Below are positions 1-8,625 of a stretch of 64,000 bases of DNA, in pieces. This stretch comes from Longimicrobiales bacterium. GTDB taxonomy: Bacteria > Gemmatimonadota > Gemmatimonadetes > Longimicrobiales > Gaopeijiaceae. The notes below the pieces were generated by a model. The model did no database searches. It saw nothing but the letters and a program-made list of their open reading frames with translations, and had not been told where the DNA came from. The stretch spans positions 128,001-192,000 of the forward strand of contig OZ241892.1 in assembly GCA_965203485.1 (NCBI GenBank), in the 5' to 3' direction. Position numbers and translations under genes: made by a program. Numbering within the stretch: the stretch's first letter is position 1; each line of letters begins with the position of its first letter.

Positions 1-813
1 TTCGTGGTACCAGCGGTCGCGGCCCGGCGTCATCGGGGTCGCGCCGGCGCCGGGCGCGTCGTCCGGGAGCTTGCCGGCACGGTTGGCGGCGGCCTGGCTC
101 GAGTCGGGCGGCGGCGAGTCCGGGCCGCCTCGCGCGACTACCAGGACGTGGGCGATCGACGGGCAACGGGCGACCGCCCGGTCCGCGTTGCGCTTGAGCG
201 GCGCCATGCGGCCGCGCCGCCAGCCGACGTCGGCCGTCACGAGCGCCTTGGCTTGCGCGTCGTTGATCCTGTCGGCGAGCGAGGCCGCGCTGAAGCCGCC
301 GAACACCACCGAATGCGGCGCCCCGATTCTTGCGCAGGCCAGCATGGCGAAGGCGGCCTCCGGGATCATCGGCAGATAGATGGCCACGCGGTCGCCCTTC
401 TTCACGCCGAGCGCCTTCAGGACGTTGGCGAAGCGCCCCACCTCCTCGGCGAGCTGCGCGTACGTGAACGCGCGCCGGTCTCCCGGCTCGCCCTCCCAGA
501 GCAAGGCGGGCTTGTCCGCCCGGGGACCGTTCAGGTGACGGTCCACGCAGTTGTAGGCGACGTTGAGCGTGCCGCCGACGAACCACTTGGCATGGGGCGG
601 GTTCCACTCCAGTACCTTGTTCCAGCCGCGAAACCAGTGGAGTTCGCGGGCCTGCTCGGCCCAGAATGCCCCGGGGTCGCGGCCCCGGTCGTAGATGGAC
701 GAGTCGCGCGCGGCGGCCGCGGCCGCGAACTCGGGCGGCGGCGGGAACCTGCGCTTCTCGTCCAGCAGGGCCTGCATCGTGGCGTCTTCTTGGGACGTTC
801 CTCGGCCGGGCAT
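1..813 (-). CDS. acs: Acetyl-CoA synthetase, N-terminal part (continues beyond window start)
   Basis: Not in the ORF track. Manual minus-strand translation from ATG 813 (alternative 777) gives ...[15 protein letters not shown]...[12 protein letters not shown]...[29 protein letters not shown], a typical Acs N-terminus. Confidence 0.9.
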   Translation of the reverse strand, partial: MPGRGTSQEDATMQALLDEKRRFPPPPEFAAAAAARDSSIYDRGRDPGAFWAEQARELHWFRGWNKVLEWNPPHAKWFVGGTLNVAYNCVDRHLNGPRADKPALLWEGEPGDRRAFTYAQLAEEVGRFANVLKALGVKKGDRVAIYLPMIPEAAFAMLACARIGAPHSVVFGGFSAASLADRINDAQAKALVTADVGWRRGRMAPLKRNADRAVARCPSIAHVLVVARGGPDSPPPDSSQAAANRAGKLPDDAPGAGATPMTPGRDRWYHE

Positions 814-933
814 CCTGGGTTCGCTCTGGCGGGAATGGCGGGTGGGACGCCAGTATGGGGGCATTCCGAGGCCGCGTCAAAGAGCGGGCGCCGCGGACGT
901 CGTGCCTCCGGACGGAAAGGAGGCGCGCCGGGG

Positions 934-1563
934 ATGAACGGACGGTTGCCGGTGGTGGGCGTGATGGGTTCGGGCACCAGCGAGCACGCGGGTCTCGCCG
1001 AGCCGTTGGGCGAAGCGTTGGCCCGGATGGGCGTGCACTTGCTGACCGGCGGAGGCGGAGGGGTGATGGCGGCGGCGTCGCGGGCGTTCGCGTCCGTCGA
1101 GGGGCGCGCCGGCTTGGTGATCGGCGTGTTGCCGGGCGTCGCCGGGGGGATGCGGCGAGCGGGCGGATCCGGGGAGTCTCCCCGGGGCTACCCGAACCCC
1201 TGGGTTGAACTGGAGGTCCGGACGCACCTGGGAGCCCGCGGCGCGAGCGGAGACGCGTGGGACTCGCGGAACCACGTCAACGTCCTGTCCTCGGACGTGG
1301 TCGTGGCCCTGCCGGGAGGCGCCGGCACCGCGTCCGAGATCGCGCTGGCTCTTTGCTACGGGCGGCCCGTCGTGCTCTTCGGCCGTGGCGAGCGCTCCGG
1401 GAGGCCGCCCGGCGGCGCCGAAGACGTGGCCGCGGCGTCCGCGCTGGAAGACGTGCTGGCCTTTGTGCGCCGCCGCTTGCCGGGCGGAAACGGCGAGGCT
1501 GCGGGAGACCGGCGGCCGCCCGGCGATTCCGGCCCCGGCCCGGCGCCGCGAGGCGCCTTGTGA
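934..1563 (+). CDS. LOG/SLOG-family nucleotide-binding protein (TIGR00725 / Moco-carrier-like)
   Basis: Motifs VGVMGSG, LLTGGGGGVM, SRNHVNVLSSDVVVALPGGAGTASEI. AAGGAGG lies upstream of ATG 934. Confidence 0.8.
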   Translation: MNGRLPVVGVMGSGTSEHAGLAEPLGEALARMGVHLLTGGGGGVMAAASRAFASVEGRAGLVIGVLPGVAGGMRRAGGSGESPRGYPNPWVELEVRTHLGARGASGDAWDSRNHVNVLSSDVVVALPGGAGTASEIALALCYGRPVVLFGRGERSGRPPGGAEDVAAASALEDVLAFVRRRLPGGNGEAAGDRRPPGDSGPGPAPRGAL

Positions 1564-2312
1564 CTCTCCTGCCGCCGACTCCGCCGCTTCCGGCCTTGGT
1601 GAAGGCGCCCGAGCTTCGCGGATGGGTGCGGCTGGCGGTGGGGTTCGGGCCCGTTTCCCGAATCGTCGGGCCTGTGGCGTTTGCGCGTGGATGGGACGAG
1701 TTGCGGGTGCTCTTGAGGCGTTCCCCCGGGGCGCCCGCCGTCGTGGAGCGAGGCGCGGCGCCCGACGAACGCTGGGCCGAGCTCGGAGCGCCGATCGTCC
1801 CAGTTTCGGAAACGGCGAGGGCGCGGGACGCCAAGGCGCTCGAGTCAGCCGTGCTTCGGTCCATCGACCCGGCGGGCGCTCTTGGGGTGCTCGAGGGCGT
1901 GGAGCGCCGGGCCGGCCGCGAGGCGCGGCGAATAGCGGCCCGAATCCTTTCGATGGCGCATCGCCGGTGCGCGGTGCCCGAGGTGGCGGCAGGTCTCGGG
2001 TATTCGCAGGCGACGCTCGCCCGCCGGTGCGCCGTCTTGGGCCTTCCCCGCGCGAAGCGTCTGATTTCGCTCGCCCGCGTCTTCACGGTGGAGCGCTTGG
2101 CGGAATGGAGCCGCCAGCCGTCGGGCGTCGTGGCCGTTGCGCTCGGATTCTCGAACCCCTCGAATTACCGTCGGCTGGTGCGCGGGATGTTCGGCGCGCC
2201 GCCGTCCGTGGTGCGCGAGCGTGGCGGGGCGCGCTACGTCGCCCGTGTGGTCTCAGGGACGCACAGTGCGGCGGGCTCGGCGCGGAGCCAAGACGCGCGT
2301 GACGAAAAATGA
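1560..2312 (+). CDS. AraC-family helix-turn-helix transcriptional regulator
   Basis: C-terminal double HTH: VPEVAAGLGYSQATLARR...VAVALGFSNPSNYRRLVRGMFGAPPS. The GTG start overlaps the upstream stop (GTGA). Confidence 0.8.
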   Translation: MTLLPPTPPLPALVKAPELRGWVRLAVGFGPVSRIVGPVAFARGWDELRVLLRRSPGAPAVVERGAAPDERWAELGAPIVPVSETARARDAKALESAVLRSIDPAGALGVLEGVERRAGREARRIAARILSMAHRRCAVPEVAAGLGYSQATLARRCAVLGLPRAKRLISLARVFTVERLAEWSRQPSGVVAVALGFSNPSNYRRLVRGMFGAPPSVVRERGGARYVARVVSGTHSAAGSARSQDARDEK

Positions 2313-2439
2313 CACTCCCGGATTCGGCCTCCCTGCGTATTGAAATCTACAGAGCGGCATTCCGATCCTTGCCGCGCTTCTTCCCGTCCGCGCACGAATC
2401 GGAGAAGAAAATGAGAAACGCTATTGAGGGATCCGAGGT
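2105..2439 (+). repeat. Direct repeat copy A (~330 bp: AraC 3' end, 40-bp motif, leader)
   Basis: Near-identical to 5962-6288 with a few substitutions and small indels. Confidence 0.95.
2301..2340 (+). promoter_or_regulatory. Conserved 40-bp cassette-head motif, copy 1 (putative activator site plus promoter)
   Basis: GACGAAAAATGACACTCCCGGATTCGGCCTCCCTGCGTAT. It contains the AraC stop codon. The repeat is certain; the function is inferred. Confidence 0.65.
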
Positions 2440-3715
2440 CCATTTTGGTATTCCGGGACCATGGCGTAGTCCGCCCTTCCGGTTCGCGCCGTCTATGATC
2501 CTCCCCTTTCTGCTCACTTTTACGATTCATTTGGATCTGTTCGCAATTTCTTCAGACCAGCAAGAGCGGTTTCCGGTTTTTCGTCTGTCGAGCACCTTCC
2601 TTTCCGTCTCTGATCAGCGTACTCATCATGGCGACGTCCGCGCCGCTTGGTTGGGATCGGCCATGTTTACGAGCGAAGGCGGATACGTCTTCGTGGACGA
2701 TTCCACAAGACAGGCATACGGAGCTCTTGGAACCGGCCGAATTCAGCCTCTGACCGACGCCGAGCCCGATCTTCCGTCCACCCTTCGCTTGATCGGACGA
2801 TTGTCCTCGGGCGAGATCGTTGCGGCCGATGATCACCGCGGCTCCATTAGCGCTGTCACCGCCGATGACATGACGGCGATAGGGGAATACGACGCGGTGC
2901 GCTGGCAACCTGCATGCGTCTTCGGCGACGGGACCGTAGTCGTACGGCCCAGCGTTCGAGCAAGGTTTGGCGTCCCGCAGGGATCGAAGGATGGGATCCA
3001 TCGCTACTCTGTGGAATATTCCGCGATGGATCGCCAAGGAATCGTACGGCCACTCGCAACAGTAGCGGGCGACGAAGCCACGTGGCTGACGACGCAAAGC
3101 AACGGCTGGCAATCTCGTCGTGCCACGTCCGTGATTTTCGGTCACAAGACGTTAGTGGCATGTTCGCACAACTACCTTGTTGTTGCACAAACCGATCTTG
3201 ACGTCGTGACTCTTGTCGATCGCGATGCCGACACTGTATTGCAATTTCCCTTGCCTGGTCGACGCCACTCCGTGTCTGCAACCCAAATCGACGCTCAAAG
3301 GCGCTTAAGCACGGCCACAGCCGGGCGCCGTAGTCGTATCGAGCGGCGCCGATACGAATACATGGCTTCAAAAACTGCAATACGGATCGTCCACCGTGAC
3401 CTCACGCCTGACGACATGGCGGCGGTTCCTTCCAACGACATTGCCCCGCCCGTCGATCAACTCTTTGTAGACGCTTCCGATCGCATTTGGATCAGAATGC
3501 TTCCATTGCCAAACGACGAAACGATCCACTGGCACGTCTGGAGCGTCGACCAGCGGGCAACGTCGTTTCTATTTAAGCTTCCTCGGCAAGCTAATGTTGC
3601 CGATGCATACGATGACCGCGTCTTGTTGCGCGTCGAAGAACCAGGGAGGCACGATCGTTTGATCGTTGCCCCGATGATCCGAAGTCCCGACAGTGGCCAG
3701 TTGCCCGCATTCTGA
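2411..3715 (+). CDS. Exported 6-bladed beta-propeller-like protein
   Basis: Shares IFGH, VVAQTD and PPVDQLFVDASDRIWIR motifs with the propeller half of 4101..5897. Start uncertain (2309, 2411 or 2495). The region is visibly AT-richer than the backbone. Confidence 0.7.
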   Translation: MRNAIEGSEVHFGIPGPWRSPPFRFAPSMILPFLLTFTIHLDLFAISSDQQERFPVFRLSSTFLSVSDQRTHHGDVRAAWLGSAMFTSEGGYVFVDDSTRQAYGALGTGRIQPLTDAEPDLPSTLRLIGRLSSGEIVAADDHRGSISAVTADDMTAIGEYDAVRWQPACVFGDGTVVVRPSVRARFGVPQGSKDGIHRYSVEYSAMDRQGIVRPLATVAGDEATWLTTQSNGWQSRRATSVIFGHKTLVACSHNYLVVAQTDLDVVTLVDRDADTVLQFPLPGRRHSVSATQIDAQRRLSTATAGRRSRIERRRYEYMASKTAIRIVHRDLTPDDMAAVPSNDIAPPVDQLFVDASDRIWIRMLPLPNDETIHWHVWSVDQRATSFLFKLPRQANVADAYDDRVLLRVEEPGRHDRLIVAPMIRSPDSGQLPAF

Positions 3716-3768
3716 CCCCAATCACGCTTCGGAACGACACACTTTAGCTTCAGGAAAAGGAGAAAGCC

Positions 3769-3972
3769 GTGAAATCGAATACACTCATCATTCGTTTGCT
3801 CGGATTGTTGCTGATCGCAATCCTGGCGGGCGATGCCGAGGCGGCCGGAGAAATGGACGTTGCTGGACCATGCGTGCCGTTTCTCGGGTGTACTCTCTGC
3901 AAAGCAGACAATCAAGACTGTCTAGTCATGTTTTGCGGCGATCACATTCACACCAACTGTGATTTCAACTGA
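3769..3972 (+). CDS. Small secreted Cys-rich peptide 1 (67 aa, 6 Cys)
   Basis: AAGGAG RBS before GTG. Signal-peptide-like N-terminus ending AEA. Mature part contains CVPFLGCTLCKADNQDCLVMFCGDHIHTNC. Confidence 0.8.
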   Translation: MKSNTLIIRLLGLLLIAILAGDAEAAGEMDVAGPCVPFLGCTLCKADNQDCLVMFCGDHIHTNCDFN

Positions 3973-4100
3973 GACAGGATGGGTTACACGACGATGTTGC
4001 AGGAGCTGAAGAAGTAAAGGCGTGACATGATCAGAAACGGGCAACTGGCCACGGGATCGCAAATGACAACGGTCGGCATGCATGAGGAAGGGGACGGCCA

Positions 4101-5897
4101 ATGACACTAGAAAGGCCAAGAAGCAAAAGACGTCTGGATCTTGTCGTAAACATTTCGATTCTGGCGACGCTCGCCTTTCTGCTCGCTGGGCCTTCCGGGC
4201 CTTTGGGTCGGATCATCGGGCGAACGTATAATGAATGGCAGGAACACCGTCGCATTGCGGCGACTTGGCCCGAACTCCTCAACAGCTCGGCGACGCTTGG
4301 CAGGAACGTTGACGACAACACTTGGAATGGGCCGGTGTTGGTAGAGTTTGTCGATTATCAATGTGCATCTTGCAGAAGGTTGGCGAATTCAGTATCGGAC
4401 GTGGCGGCATCTGGTCGAGCGAGGGTTGTGATTCGCCATTTTCCGATGGATGAACTGCATGGATGGGCTCGTGATGCCGCAAGGGCGGCGATCTGCGCGA
4501 CGAAGCAAGGTGCGTTTCCGCGAGTGCACGAGATGTTGCTGACCGAGACGGCGTGGATCGAGCAGAGGGACTGGACCAGTTTGGCAGGCAAGGCGAAAGT
4601 GCCGGAAATCGGCAACTTCGCGCGGTGCATGAGCGACCCCAGCACCGACCAGCAGATTGAGAACGACATTCGGACGGCAGAGCGATTGCGGGTTCGGGGG
4701 ACGCCGACGTTCGTGACGAAGTCTGGCCTTTTTGAAGGCGCGTCGGGCTTGGCTGAAGCGCTGGCGACGATGCGACCGCCCGGGCAGACGGTACAGGAAG
4801 ATGAGCGTGTTGGAACCTTGCATGTTGGAAAGGCCGCCATCTTCGATTCGTTTCTGCACCCGGAATCGTCCGTCTCTCGGCTGGGCCGGCTGGCAGGAGC
4901 ATTGTTCGTTGACGAGCAACGATTGTTGATAGGTGACCAGATGAACGCCGAGCTTCACTTGGTCGACTTGCCGACGGGCGACGTGACGACGATTGGGAGA
5001 CGGGGCGATGGACCCGGGGAATTCCATCTGCTCTTGGACGTCATGCGGACACGCGACGGATTTGCGGCATGGGATGCTGGACTGGCGAGGATCACGATGT
5101 TTTCCAAGACGGGCGATGTCGCCGAGAGTTGGTCTTATAATCGCATGTGGTTCAATCAGCCCATTGCGGCTCCTATCGCCGTGTTGTCGGATGGCGCCGT
5201 GGTCTTTCGCGACGGCGCGGAGCCGGCGGAGCGGCAAGGGCGCTTCAGGGACGAAACGCGATATGTGGAGGTAGCGAGAGACGGCATCGCCGGCATGGTG
5301 ACGGAGGCGCTGGGACGGGAGTACTGGAGCGGCAAGGGCGGATTCCAGCCGGTGATGTTCGGCCACCTCCTCTTGGAAGCACAGATTGGCGATCAGATCG
5401 CGGTCTCGCAAACCGACCTCGGCACGGTCAGGATAGTGAGCCGTGACGGAGAGGTCTCTGCGGAGCTCCGATTGGGACAGGAAAAACGGCCGTCCGCGTC
5501 GCAGGTGGAGACGACCCGGGAGAATGCGCGCAAGCAGTTGCGCCTCCGCATAGAGCGGGACGGACGACGTCCAAACGGAGCCGTTTTTCGACAAATCAAC
5601 GAAGCGAAATTGGCGGATGTCGACGACGTGCCGATGAACGAGACGTCGCCGCCCATCGACGCCATGTTCGTGGACATGGACGGGCGGCTTTGGTTGCGTG
5701 CCTACGCGATGCCAGACGACGACGGCAGCCGCTGGCAAGTGTGGAACCCGAACAACTTGAGTCGGCCGCAGGCGGTCTTGGTCGTTCAAGCCGACAAGGA
5801 GTTGCTCGATGCAAGCGGCGCTTATGTCGTCTTGCACGAGAGGAACGCCATGGGAATCGACCGCGTCCTCGTAGCCGCACTGGTGGAGGAGGATTGA
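4101..5897 (+). CDS. DsbA/thioredoxin-like domain fused to a beta-propeller domain
   Basis: N-terminal TM anchor; EFVDYQCASC, IRHFP and VRGTPTF (DsbA-type); then IGRRGDGPGEF and PPIDAMFVDMDGRLWLR (propeller). Confidence 0.85.
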   Translation: MTLERPRSKRRLDLVVNISILATLAFLLAGPSGPLGRIIGRTYNEWQEHRRIAATWPELLNSSATLGRNVDDNTWNGPVLVEFVDYQCASCRRLANSVSDVAASGRARVVIRHFPMDELHGWARDAARAAICATKQGAFPRVHEMLLTETAWIEQRDWTSLAGKAKVPEIGNFARCMSDPSTDQQIENDIRTAERLRVRGTPTFVTKSGLFEGASGLAEALATMRPPGQTVQEDERVGTLHVGKAAIFDSFLHPESSVSRLGRLAGALFVDEQRLLIGDQMNAELHLVDLPTGDVTTIGRRGDGPGEFHLLLDVMRTRDGFAAWDAGLARITMFSKTGDVAESWSYNRMWFNQPIAAPIAVLSDGAVVFRDGAEPAERQGRFRDETRYVEVARDGIAGMVTEALGREYWSGKGGFQPVMFGHLLLEAQIGDQIAVSQTDLGTVRIVSRDGEVSAELRLGQEKRPSASQVETTRENARKQLRLRIERDGRRPNGAVFRQINEAKLADVDDVPMNETSPPIDAMFVDMDGRLWLRAYAMPDDDGSRWQVWNPNNLSRPQAVLVVQADKELLDASGAYVVLHERNAMGIDRVLVAALVEED

Positions 5898-5961
5898 GCG
5901 TCGCGGTGCAACTCTTCGTCGCCGGGAGCACTCAGGCCCTTTGAGTGCGATCCCTGTTGCG

Positions 5962-6288
5962 ATGGAGCCGCCCAGCCGTCGGACGTCGTGGCCGTCGCGC
6001 TCGGATTTTCGAACCCCTCGAATTACCGTCGGCTGGTGCGCGGGACGTTCGGCGCGCCGCCGTCCGTGGTACGCGAGCGCGGCGGGGCGCGCTACGTCGC
6101 CCGAGTGGTCTCGGGGACGCACGGCGCGGCGGGCCTGGCGCGGAGCCAAGACGCGCGTGACGAAAAATGACACTCCCGGATTCGGCCTCCCTGCGTATTG
6201 AATCTACAGAGCGGCATTCCGATCCTTTGCCGCGCTTCTTCCCATCTACGCACGAATCAAATGAGAAACGCATTGAGGGACCCGAGGT
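5962..6288 (+). repeat. Direct repeat copy B: orphan 3' fragment of the AraC gene plus motif and leader
   Basis: Encodes AVALGFSNPSNYRRLVRGTFGAPPSVVRERGG...DARDEK without the 5' part of the gene. Matches 2105-2439. Confidence 0.95.
6159..6198 (+). promoter_or_regulatory. Conserved 40-bp cassette-head motif, copy 2
   Basis: Identical to 2301-2340. Confidence 0.65.
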
Positions 6289-6298
6289 AGGTGGCAAC

Positions 6299-7388
6299 GT
6301 GAAGAATCCGGCTCGCGTCCGCTCGGCCCTCGCGGTCTTCGCCTTGGCCGCGGGATGCGGAGACGCAACAAATCAGGAACGCCTGGTGTTGCCCGAGCCG
6401 ACGGGCGAAGCCGGGGTCCCAGCCAGCGAGAACGGCAACGTCGCGCTTGTCGGCGAATCCACCGCGTGCGTGGTGGACTCGTACTTTGTCCAGATCCATT
6501 GCGTGACTCGCGACGAACGGACAGTCGCGGCCTGGGGGAGCGAAGGCGAAGGTCCCGGAGAGTTCGGCAACATTGCCGCCCTAGTGCGCGGGCCCGAAGA
6601 AACGGTGGCCGTCGTGGACCACCAACTGAGCCGGATCACCACGTTCCGGCTTTCCGGCGAGCCCGTGTCCGAGACGCCCCTCCCGTCTCTCTTCGGCACG
6701 AGGGGCCCCTGGGCGTCACATTGCAGGGCCACTACATGGAGATCGGCCTCCCCTTGGACATCCGGCAAGTGGAGATCGACGCCGCGTCGGGCGAGCTGGA
6801 GTGGGAGCGCCGTTCCCTGTTTCCTATCCGCGGTGCGACGATGCAAATGAGAACGCCGAAGCGAGAGGCTCCGCTTTCGGGTCCCCTGCATCCGGTGGCG
6901 GAATGGTTTTCCCGGCATGCGACGGCCAGCTGATCCTGTTCCCCGACCGAGACGGCGACGCTACGGTGACGATTCCGCGCCCCGGGTTTGCCACCGAGTT
7001 CCCCAACGAGCGCGAAGTCGTCAAGTTCGCGGAGTCCCGGCGGCGGACGACGCCGTGGAGGTCCAACGCCGACAACGATGTCGAGGCCGACGTCGCCGCT
7101 TTTCGCCAAGAACCGAAGCAGTGGCTCCATCTCGGCCCCAAGCTGGACGACGCGGGGCGGCTGTGGCTGTTGACGAGCCGCGACCGCGACGAATTCTCGT
7201 ACATCGAACTGGTTGTCGGCGCCGAATACGCCGGCACCGTGAGGGTGGCGGACCGCGTGGTCGGCCTTGACGTCCTCGGCAATTCCCTCGCCGTCCTCGT
7301 CGAACTCCCGGCAGGCCCCGGCGACTCCGACGGCATGGAAGATCGAACGGTGGTATGGTACGACATCTCCGGATTGCCCAGCTCATGA
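6299..7388 (+). pseudogene. Beta-propeller lipoprotein with two apparent frameshifts (~6705, ~6820)
   Basis: GTG start, lipobox LAAG-C, WGSEGEGPGEF. The C-terminal LDDAGRLWLLT lies in another frame. May be a sequencing or assembly artefact. Confidence 0.7.
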
Positions 7389-7471
7389 CGAGCGGTGGGG
7401 TCTATAAGGACGATTTGCGGGCGGCGGCTCCACCACCAATCCACATCCACATGCAAGGCCTTTAGCGATTC

Positions 7472-8625
7472 ATGACTGGTCGGGCCATTCGATTGCTGGC
7501 GGCGTGCGCCGCGGGATTGGCCATCTGCTGCGCCCCCGAGCAGGAGGCGGCCAGCGGGGACGAGGCCGGCAGGCTCCGTCCGCTGGCGTCCACGCTCGCA
7601 AGAGACATCGACCTGGAGGCCGGCGGAGGTCCTCCGGTGGTCGGACTTGACTACCTTGCGGCCGATTCGGTCGGCAACCTGTTCGTGCTGGACGCAAGCG
7701 CAGGGCACCTCCACAAGTACACGGCGGCGGGTCGGCATGTCGGCACCCTGGCAGGTGCGGACGGCGAACCGGTGTTTCTCCGCCAGCCCGCTGGTCCGTC
7801 GCCAGGGGGCGTCGTGGTGGGCCGCGACGGCAACGTCTACGTGGCGGCTGCTCCGCACGGCATGTTCGACCCGGAGTTGACCGAGAACTGGGTCAAGGGG
7901 GCCGTCACGCGTGTCTCGCCCGCCTTGGCGGTCGACACGGTCTTCACGATTCGAGGCCCGGAGGTCGTCGGTGGACTGTCCGCGTCGCCCCGCGAACTGG
8001 CGGTCGTGCTAGGACGTCCGAGGGACGCCGTGGAGCGGAGGTTCGGGTTGACCGAAGAAGAAGTCCTCGCGCGCGAAGAAGTTCTCCTCTTGACCTACGA
8101 CGGCGTGCCGACGACAGCCTTCATCCCGCAGACGAACGAAGGCACGGAGTGCCCTATTGGGGAGGATGGTTCAGAACCTACACAGCCGCCGCGGGCAACG
8201 AACTCTTGGTCGTCAGCTCCCTTTATCCGATTCATCGTTACCGGCCGGGAGGAGAACTGGCAGGAACCTTCGGGAGCGCGTCGGCTTCTTTCCGGCAACC
8301 GAGCCGGCCGGAGCCTCGGTCGTTCCCTACGGCGGATGCGCGATACTACGAGTGGCGGAGTTCGTTCACGACCATAGGAGGCATGCATGTCGTGGCGGAC
8401 TCGTTGGTGGTGGTCGTCTTGGAGGATCGCAACGCCGACGAGCTTGCCGCGGCGCAGTGGTCGTATCGGGCGGACGTCTACGACTTGCGCTCCGGCACTC
8501 CAGTGGCGCGAGACGTCGGCCTCGAGGGCCCAGTGCTGCACGCCGACACTTTGTTGCACGTGGCTTGGCGGCCGACCGGCGACGGTTGGCATGTCGGCCT
8601 CTTCGACTTGTCGGAGGGCCGATGA
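7472..8625 (+). pseudogene. Beta-propeller (NHL-like) lipoprotein with one apparent frameshift (~8140)
   Basis: Signal with Cys (LAIC-C), LAADSVGNLFVLD and VVVGRDGNVYV repeats. Protein-like sequence continues in ORF 8149..8625, whose stop overlaps the next ATG. Confidence 0.65.

Noticed and set aside
4..933. N-terminal 310 aa of ORF 4..1563
   Set aside because: It is the antisense shadow of acs. The real LOG-family gene starts at 934.
4100..4109. aatgacact at the DsbA fusion start as a fifth motif copy
   Set aside because: Only 9 nt match, without GACGAAAA or CTGCGTAT. Probably chance.
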